Source: the human T2T-CHM13v2.0 reference genome, Homo sapiens
DNA: 64,000 bases
Assembly (NCBI RefSeq): GCF_009914755.1
Contig: NC_060947.1
Strand: one strand, 5' to 3'
Below, in pieces: positions 54,733 to 64,000 of this stretch (positions within the stretch are counted from its first letter, which is position 1; each line of letters starts with the position of its first letter). A program made the position numbers and the translations under genes. The notes below the pieces were generated by a model. It saw only the letters and a program-made list of their open reading frames with translations. It had not been told where the DNA came from and searched no databases.

Positions 54733-55519
54733 GAAATTGATATATAGAAAAGGCATGGTGCCACTGATTTTTCAAATCATTGCTCATACTTGGCAATTAT
54801 ATTCAGGATTCTACCTTTGGGCTCACAGAGAGATGGAGAAAAATGCCTTTTTCATAATGCTGTAAATCGAGCCTCTTACATGACTTCTTTAACCCACTGG
54901 ACATCTGTAATAAGAGGTTCTTGGATTGTGATATATCTTATCCCAACTCTGAAAGTTCTGGAGACCTTTCTTAGGTTTGGGTTTTTTTTTGTTTTTTTTT
55001 TTCCCACATCAGGACATAAGTGCTTTTGAAGCTACTTGAAGAAAGAATGTCAGGAGAAGAATTACTGAGGAAAATTACTGTGTCTAATGTTTCTGGAATG
55101 TATTTACTGAGAAGAGCTACTTAAATAGAAAAACTTCATTGTCTAACTCATGCTTGGAGCTAGTTGGCAGAACATAAGCGTTGTAGGAGCAAGATGTAGG
55201 AATGTGAAAAAGGGGCTTATGGGCTAACAACCTCAGGACAAATGCCACACAAAGGCAGCATGAAGACCTGTGAGATTTGCAGGATTGAATGAACCACTGG
55301 AAAAGTAATCACTGCCTTGAAAAGTAGTGCAATCTGTTTACATATTTGCAACTTCCATGATATGAGCTACAGTTTAAGTAAACTATTCCTCAGAAGTACA
55401 AAGAAAATATAGCTTTACTTTTTGTCATTAATTTTTATTTAAACATATTTATGAATATACCATACATACATGTAATTTTTCCTATATGCATGAATGTGAA
55501 TATAAACATATTTTTTAAG

Positions 55520-55736
55520 CCATACTCAGCCAACTTTTTCTATAAAGGGCCAAAATATTTCCAGTTCTGTGGACCATAAGGTCTCTGTTGCAACTACTTA
55601 ACTCTGCCATTGTAGTGCCAAAGTAGCTGTAGACAAACATAAATGAATGAGCATGGCTGTGTTTCAACAAAACTTTATTTGTAAAAACGGATGGTAGACT
55701 GGATTTGGCCTACAAGCGGCGGTTTTTCAGCACCTG
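55520..55736 (+). mobile_element. MER58A
   Basis: aactttttctataaagggcca...gcaactacttaactctgccattgtag...ggatttggcc. Confidence 0.9.
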
Positions 55737-55974
55737 TTTTATGTCTTATTTTCATTAGCTTTCACTGTTTACTTCTCCTCTCTCCCTCTCCTGCCCTTAT
55801 AAGGGTCAGCTTCCTCTAATTCCACCCCCCACACACAACCCATATTAATAGCATGTGTGTCCTTCCATATTTTTCTTCATAAAACAGCTTACATTTTCTT
55901 TGTAAAATTCATAAACCCTTGACCCACTGGGCAATAGGGAGATAAGAACTTAAGTTGTAAATGAATGATTTTTT

Positions 55975-56360
55975 ATTACTTAGCGTAAAAAGAAATCCTA
56001 GTTACTGTAACAAATTCCCTAATCTTGGTAGCTTTACCTAATAAAATGTTTAGCTCTTATGTATATGAAGTATGATGTAGGTGTTTATGACTCGTGGGCA
56101 GCCTTCCTAGGGTGACTCAGAGATCCAGGCTTCCTTCAACTGTGGCTCTGTCATCGCTTGCATCTTCAGAGTCCTAGCCTCTCTTGGATCTTCTGCACCC
56201 CACTGATAGGTAAGGGAAGAGATAATGTAAAGCATCGCATGGCAGCTTTTTATGAGCCAGGGCTAGAAATGGAGTACACTTCTGTCCACATTCAATTAGT
56301 CATATGGCTACATGTAACTATTAGGGATGTGGGAAATGTACCCATGTTGTGTGCCCAGTG
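55975..56360 (-). mobile_element. Old MLT1 (K/L-like) LTR
   Basis: gtgactcagagatccaggcttccttc...tttatgagccagggctagaaatgg. Confidence 0.7.
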
Positions 56361-56759
56361 ATACATTCCAAGCTCTTAATATAGATAGTTTGGCAGACTG
56401 TTTTCCCTTCCAGTTTGACCAGTGGTTTGAACACTAGAATTCCACCCTCTCATGTAAGTCCTTCATGTCTTACCCATTCTTAAGAACCAGCTCAAATGTT
56501 ATCTCTCTTCTATAGCCTTGCCACATGCTCCCCACAGAATTTATAGTTTTATTAATTCACTGCACTACTAGCTTCTTCATCTTTAGTCCTCACAACCTTC
56601 ACATATGTCTCTTTATTTTAGACCTGGTTACAATATTTTACATCATTTTGCTCAGCTTTTAAGTTCTAGCTCCATGCTAATCTGTGCACTTAGTGAGGTC
56701 ATTGTTAACGATTTTGTTAAAGTAATTCGATCTCACCCAGTCCTAACATACTGGCTGGT

Positions 56760-56995
56760 ACAAAGCCTGGGCTTTGGGGCCACCTCTTTTGGTTGAATTG
56801 CTGGCTGTTCTTTAAAAAATTGCTCATATTCTTTGTGCCTTAGTTTCCTAGACTATAAAATGGAGATAATTAAATGAGCACTTACCTCATAGGGTTGTAA
56901 AGATCAAATGAGATGATATTTGTAAAGTCTTAGAACAGTGCCTAAAGTATAGTAAGCCCTAAAGTAAGTGCTTAATAAAATAAATATTTGTAATA
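56760..56995 (+). mobile_element. MIR
   Basis: gtgccttagtttcct...aaaatggagataat...acctcatagggttgt...aaatgagat. Confidence 0.9.
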
Positions 56996-58574
56996 AATGT
57001 ATTTTACCTAACCAGATGAAGTCAACCAGGATTCTGCCCTCTCTGGTAGTAAGTATTTCACTATGTGGACCTGATCTTGAGAGAAGGCTTTCCCAGCTGC
57101 ATTGCTCCCACCTATGGCCACTGCTCAATTGTTTCCTGCAGATCTAGTTCTACATATGGTGTCAAGATAAGCTGCAGTGTCCTTGTCAAGCTTTCTAAAA
57201 GGCAAGTGGCCTACAAACTAAATATCCTCTTAACTGAGTCTCACTTACTAAGAACAAATACAGTAAAAGACTAGTCCTGCATAGATAAGCTGATATACTC
57301 CATGCTGGTTGCCATAAGAAATGCTTCAGGTGATTAGATGTGTAAGAATAATTAAAATTTGGTGTGTGTGTGTGTGTGTATATGTGTATGGAAAATGAAG
57401 AAATCATATATGTGTACCCATGGAGGACATGTGACTGATTGTTCAGATGGCATAAATATTGATGCAAAGGCCAAGGCAATGGTAGAACTTAGTGCTAACA
57501 GGAAGGTAGAGAAGAGGGCTCAGAAACAGGAACAGTTCCTGTTGCATAAAGGCAAAAGGCATAAAATGGACACTCCATAATATAAAGCCTCTTCCTACAT
57601 TACTTAACTACGTATCTCCCCCAACTAAATTCCCTACCTCCTAGTCAATAGAACATAGCCTGCCTTTGAATTTGCCCTCAACAGTCAGATAACTCATGGT
57701 CATGTGATTTAAACTGCAAATATATTTATCCTTTCTCACAGTGAGATGTCAGAATTATGTGGTGAGTTTGAAATAAACTCACCCTCAGGCAAGAATTCAT
57801 ATTACTCTTCCAGAAATCTTTTCTAATGATGTAATAAATTATCAATATTCTGATTTATTTGTAATAATATTAATTGTAGCCTTAAAGTAAATAAATAGAA
57901 AAGAAAACACTCAAATTATGGAAAATTCATATTATAGGATTTTATGTAACCATATAATTCCTATTTTTAAAGCTCATTAAATGACAAAGAAATATATGAT
58001 TATAATATATGTTGGGTTTTGTTATAAGGTTACAAAATGACTTGCATAATATAATCTTGATTTTATTGAAAATTATATATATCCATTGACACAAAGGTAA
58101 AAACTGAAAGGAAAAATATCAAAAAGTTAATATTATCTCTAGGTGTTATATTTACAGGTCACTTGCATTATCTTCTTACATTTGTTATGGTTTCTAAATG
58201 TTCTTAAATAAGCATATATTGCCTTTATATGCAGAAAAAAATACATTATAGCTAACATAATTTTGATTTTGACAAATCATGTCAAAACTATTAGGTTAGG
58301 AAATAGTGCTTTTGGGCAGCATTTCCCAGAGTGAGTTCCAGGATTCAGTTCCAAGGGATGCAGAGCTCATCAGAGCTACAGCAGCCACAGCCATCCCACA
58401 GTTAGTGACTTGTAAGGCGAACAGGAAATAAAGGTTTGTTCCTGTAAACCACTGTAAACTCAGGAGTTGCTTGTTACTACAAACAAAGGTAAGTCAGAAG
58501 ACAACCTCAACAGTTCTGTGACCCTGTTAGTTCTGCTCTTTATTGTGAATTTTCTTTGAACAAAATTTCTGTAA

Positions 58575-58720
58575 TGTTAGACTGAAAGACTTTGAAGATT
58601 ACCCTTCATTTCATTTTTCAGATGGTAAACTGAGGCTCAAAGAGGTAAAGTAGCCTAAAGATAGAATGATTTAATTACAAAACCAAGATTGGAGTTCTTT
58701 TTGTCTAGAGCTCCTTCACT
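58575..58720 (-). mobile_element. MIR fragment
   Basis: catttttcagatggtaaactgaggctcaaagaggtaaagt. Confidence 0.8.
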
Positions 58721-58904
58721 AGTTTTTTAGTGGGTGGGGTAACTGAGAAACTATTGGGAAGACCTTGTATGTTGGTGCCCAAAGCACTGCCCACCTAGAT
58801 GCAGGTTTTTGTTTTTGTTTTTCATAGTATTGCCAAGCAGCCCAACTTCTGGTCTCCCTGATGTAGGTTACAGACCTGGAATCAGAAGCATGTCATGATG
58901 TCTA

Positions 58905-61070
58905 AACATAAATGTTTATGAAAAAAATTGGGGAACTTATTAAAAATCATTAAGTAACACCCAAACAAATGTTTATGGTTAGAAAGTCAAAATAATGTAA
59001 ATATACCATTTCTATCCAAATTGATCTGTAGAATCAATGCAAGTTCAATAACTATCTTGACAGAGTTTTTAAAGAATTCAAAAATGTATATGGAAGAGAA
59101 AAGAGTCAGACTTGTCTATAAATTCATGAGGAAATGATAGGGTGGGCTTATTTGCTAAGGGAGATATCACTATATAATAAAGTCAAAGGTATAATAATTA
59201 GAACAATGAGGCATTCATGCAGAGATAGAAAAAAACAGACCAATGAAACAGGAGAGTCCAGAAAGAGATACAGAGACACCATTTCAAATCAGTGGAGAAT
59301 GAATGAACTTCTTGATAAACAGTGCTCTGATAATTAATTATTCCATAAAAATGAATTTAGATCCTAATCACAGATCATCCAACAATCAGTTTTTATGTAG
59401 CTTTAAAACTTAACCAAAGAAAGCAAAATTTTGACATTTCTGGAAGAAAAGAGGTTAATATTTTTATGAGTTTTGAGTAGAAAAGAATTTTATAAACTAT
59501 GCATACAAACTATTAATGAAATAATTGATAAATGTGACTACATTAAAAATTGTTTTTAAAAACTTCTGGTCTTTACAATATGACATGAAGAAATTGAAAA
59601 AGTAAGCCATAAACTATGAGGAAATATTTGCAACTTACATGACCAACAGAGAATTAGTATCCAAAATACAGTAAGAAATTAAAATCCATATAAAAAATAG
59701 AAGCAAACCAAGGAAAAATGGCCAAAAACATTTATAGAAATAAGAAACCTCCATGACCAATAAACGTATGAAAACATGCTTGATGTCATTACATGTCAGA
59801 GAAATTTAAAGAAAAAAATACAATGTCTCTTTATTCCACCAATGCTATTGACTGAATTGTGCCTCTTCCCTCCCAAATTGATATGTTGAAGCCCTAAATC
59901 TCAATGTGATTGTATTTGAAGTAAGAAAGTAATTAAGGTTAAATTAATTCATAATGTTAGGACCCTAATCCAATAGGATTTGTTTCCTTACAAGAAGAGA
60001 TATAGGAGAGCTGGCACTCTCTTTCACTCTGCCATGTTAGGACACAGCAAGAAGGTGGCCATCTGCCATCCAGGAAGAGAGCCCTCACCAGAACCTGACC
60101 ATGCCAGCAGCTTGACCTCAGACTTATAGCCTCCAGAATAGTGAGAAAATAAATTTTTGTTGTTTAAGCCACCTAGTCTATGATATTTTGTCATGGCAGC
60201 CCAAGGTATTAAAACAACCAGATAGGCGAAAATTTTTAAGTCTGACAATACCAAGTGATATGAATATGAGTCAAGGGAAAGCTTACACATTACTAGTGGA
60301 ATTAAGAATCAGTACTTTGTTTTTTTAAGCTGTATATATTTAAGGTATGGAACATGATATCTGATAGAAATATACATAATGAAATGATAAGTCAATACTT
60401 TAGAAAACAATTTGGCATTACTTATTTTAAAGATAGTCTAACCTGCAACCCAGATATTCTACTTTTTGCTATTATCCTAGAGAATTTCTTCCATCTGCAC
60501 ACGGGAAACATAAAAATGTGTTTTGCCACATTTTTGTAATAGAAAAAATACAAACAAAACAAAACCAAGAATGGCAAAAACAACAAAATAATACAAATGC
60601 CTAGTATGGGAGAATGGTTAAGAGAATTCTGGAATAATAATAGACTGGAACATTAACAAGAGTGAAAATGAACAACGTGCTACTAAATGAATCAACATGG
60701 ATTAATCATAAAAACATAACATTGAATAAGAAAGCAAATTGTAGAATAATAGTTGTAATATGATACCAATTTTAAGAACTTCAAAACCCAGCTTAATTGA
60801 CCATTTGCATTTTATAAATGCATGTGTATGTTCACATGTGCCACACAATTTTAAAGAGAAACAACATAATAATACAAACACTAAATTTGGATAATGATTA
60901 CCTTAGGAGAAAAAGGAAGTAAGAGTCAGGATGGTTTAAACAGAGTACTTCAAATTACGGGCAATGTTAAATTTCTCAGCTTGATAGTACACAAAAACTT
61001 ATTAATATTTTATATGATACACATACTGCTTTGTATTCACTAAATATTTTTAAATAAATGACAAAATTAT
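58905..61070 (+). mobile_element. Old L1ME-like ORF2 end and 3'UTR, interrupted by MLT1A and an L1MA tip (~60318-60389, minus)
   Basis: ccaaattgatctgtagaatcaatgc, tgactacattaaaa, tcaacatggattaatc. Confidence 0.85.
59843..60216 (+). mobile_element. MLT1A-like solo LTR
   Basis: tgctattgactgaattg...ggaagagagccctcaccagaacctgaccatg...; TSD accaa/accag. Confidence 0.92.
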
Positions 61071-61654
61071 AATTATTGGGAAGTGTATACTGGTAATTAA
61101 ATATGATTTTCTTAATTAACTGGTATGTGTTCTTAAGCTCTTCAGACCACACTGGAGGGATATAACTAAAGAAACAAGGTACATGACTCATGATAGAATT
61201 TGAATCCAGCTAATTGGAACTAATTGCTAAGAGGTACCCTGTGAATTGTCCAATTTTATCATTAAGTTCAGGGAATGAGAAACCACCATGAAAAATCAAT
61301 GAAACAACATCTCAAAATGTACCTTGCCTGATTATGTAATAATTATGTTCAGCTTCAATTAATTATAACAATTAAGTAGTGCTTACTGTACTGGTAGCAT
61401 TAACTCATTACATTAAATTATTAGCAACAAAAATTAACTTGTGACCCAAAAGGGGAATGACTTTCTTGTGATATATTAGCATTTGAGAAAATGATTAATA
61501 TGCCTTTTTTGAAGACACAGATACAAAGATTCCTTTTAAAAAACAGTTTCTATTAAGTGATTCTTACTCCCACATCAGTTAATATTATACAATATTAAAT
61601 GTTATATGGCATAAGTATATTAACACTGGAGGGAAAAAAGGGATTAAGAATTTT

Positions 61655-61972
<318 letters not shown>

Positions 61973-62434
61973 CTATGAGCACAGCTTCAGCAGACTTAAA
62001 CATTCCTGCCTGCCAGTGGATCTCCAAGCATAGCACTCGAGCTCTGCTAAGGGACAGACTGCCTCTTCAAGTGGGTCCCTGACTCCTGTGCCTCCTGACT
62101 GGGAGACAACTCCCAGCAGGGGTCAACAGAAACCTCATACAGAAGAGCTCCGGCTGGCATCTGGTGGGTGCCCCCTGGGACAAAGTTTCCAGAGGAAGGA
62201 ACAGGCAGCAATCCTTGCTGTTCTGCACCCTTCGCTGGTGATACCCAGGCAAATAGTGTCTGGAGTGGACTTCCAGCAAACACCAGCAGACCTGCAGCAG
62301 AGGGGCCTGACTATTAGAAGGAAAACTAACAAACAGAGAGGAATAGCATCAACATCAACAAAAAGGACGTCCACACAAAAACCCCATCCGAAAGTCACCA
62401 ACATCAAAGACTAAAGGTAGATAAATCCACAAAG

Positions 62435-63437
62435 ATGAGGAAAAACCAGCACAAAAAGGCTGAAAATTCCAAAAACCAGAACGCCTCTTCTCCTCCAAAG
62501 GATCAAAACTCCTCGCCAGCAAGGGAGCAAAACTGGATGGATAATGAGTTTGAACAGAAGTAGGATTCAGAAGGTGGGTAATAACAAACTCCTCCGAGCT
62601 AAAGAAGCATGTTCTAACTCAATGCAAGGAAGCTAAGAACTTTGAAAAAAGGTTAGAGGAATTGCTAACTAGAATAACCAGTTTAGAGGAAAACATAAAT
62701 GACCTGATGGAGCTGAAAAACAAAGCACAAGAACTTCATGAAGCATTCACAAGTATCGATAGCCAAATCGATGAAGCAGAAGAAAGGATATCAGAGATTG
62801 AAGGTCAACTTAATGAAATAAAGTGTAAAGACAAGATCAAAGAAAAATGAATGAAAAGAAATGAACAAAGCCCCCAAGAAATATGGGACTATGTGAAAAG
62901 ACCAAATCTACATTTGATTGGTGTACCTGAAAGTGATGGGGAGAATAAAACCAAGTTGGAAAGCACTCTTCAGGATATTAAGCAGGAGAACTTCGCCAAC
63001 CTAGCAAGACAGGCCAACATTCAAATTCAGGAAATACAGAGAACACCACAAAGATACTACTTGATAAGAGCAACCCCAAGACACAAGGTTGAAATGAAGG
63101 AAAACATGTTAAGGGCAACCAGAGAGAAAGGTCATGTTATCCACAAAGGGAAGCCCATCAGACTAACAGAGGATCTCTCTGCAGAAACCCTACAAGCCAG
63201 AAGATAGTAGGGGGCCAATATTCAACATTCTTAAAGAAAAGAATTTTCAACCCAGAATTTCATATCCAGCCAAACTAAGCTTCATAGGTGAAGGAAAAAT
63301 AAAATCCTTTACAGACAAGCAAATGCTGAGAGATTTTTGTCACCACCAGGCCTGCCTTACAAGAGCTCCTGAAGGAAGCACTAAATATGGAAAGGAACAA
63401 CTGGTACCAGCCACTGCAAAAACATACCAAATTGTAA
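62435..63437 (+). pseudogene. L1 ORF1p, disrupted
   Basis: ORFs 62662..62850 (coiled coil) and 62851..63207 (RRM); stops and frameshifts. Confidence 0.95.
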
Positions 63438-63500
63438 AGACCATCGACACTATGAAGAAACTGCATCAACTAATAGGCAAAATAATCAACTAGTATCATA

Positions 63501-64000
63501 ATGACAGGATCAAATTCACACATAAAAATATTAACCTTAAATGTAAACAGGGTGAAGGCCCCAATTAAAAGACACAGACTGGCAAATTGGATAAAGAGTC
63601 AAAACCCATCAGTGTGCTGTATTCAGGAGACCTATCTCATGTGCAAAGACACACATAGGCTCAAAATGAAGGGATGGAGGAAGATTTACCGAGCAAATGG
63701 AAGGCAAAAAATAGCAGGGGTTACAATCGTAGTCTCTGATAAAACAGACTTTAAACCAACAAAGATCAAAAAACACAAAGAAGGGCATTACATAATGGTA
63801 AAGTGATCAATGCAACAAGAAGAGCTAACTATTCTAAATATATATATATATGCACCCAAAACAGGAGCACCTAGATTCATAAAGCAAGTTCTTAGAGACT
63901 ACAAAGAGACTCAGACTCCCACACAATAATAGTAGGAGAGTTTAACACCCCACTGTCAACATTAGACAGATCAACAGGATAGAAAATTAACAAGGATATT
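63501..64000 (+). pseudogene. L1 ORF2p endonuclease domain, disrupted
   Basis: MTGSNSHIKILTLNVN...CCIQET...; premature TGA at 63804-63806. Confidence 0.96.

Overview
This window is AT-rich, repeat-dense, non-coding DNA from a catarrhine primate (human or ape-like). AluY, AluS and AluJ, THE1 and L1PA elements sit on top of older mammalian L2, MIR, L3, MLT1, ERVL and hAT/Tigger fossils. I see no intact host gene, RNA gene, CpG island or processed pseudogene. All protein-like ORFs are broken retroelement remnants (L1 ORF1/ORF2, ERVL integrase and dUTPase). I found no convincing novel biological system. The best observations are structural: (i) 109 bp copied into a THE1 LTR from an L1 located 985 bp downstream; (ii) a nest of five LTR elements and two Alus whose target-site duplications (TSDs) are readable for all six inserts; (iii) two L1MA copies fused 5'-to-5' into a ~2-kb inverted repeat; (iv) two perfect hairpins that look like template-switch products; (v) a deleted ERVL provirus keeping integrase and dUTPase; (vi) small CpG-retaining unique patches and candidate exons. 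Subfamily names come from remembered consensus sequences and are tentative. Boundaries without TSDs are approximate, and I cannot identify the locus.
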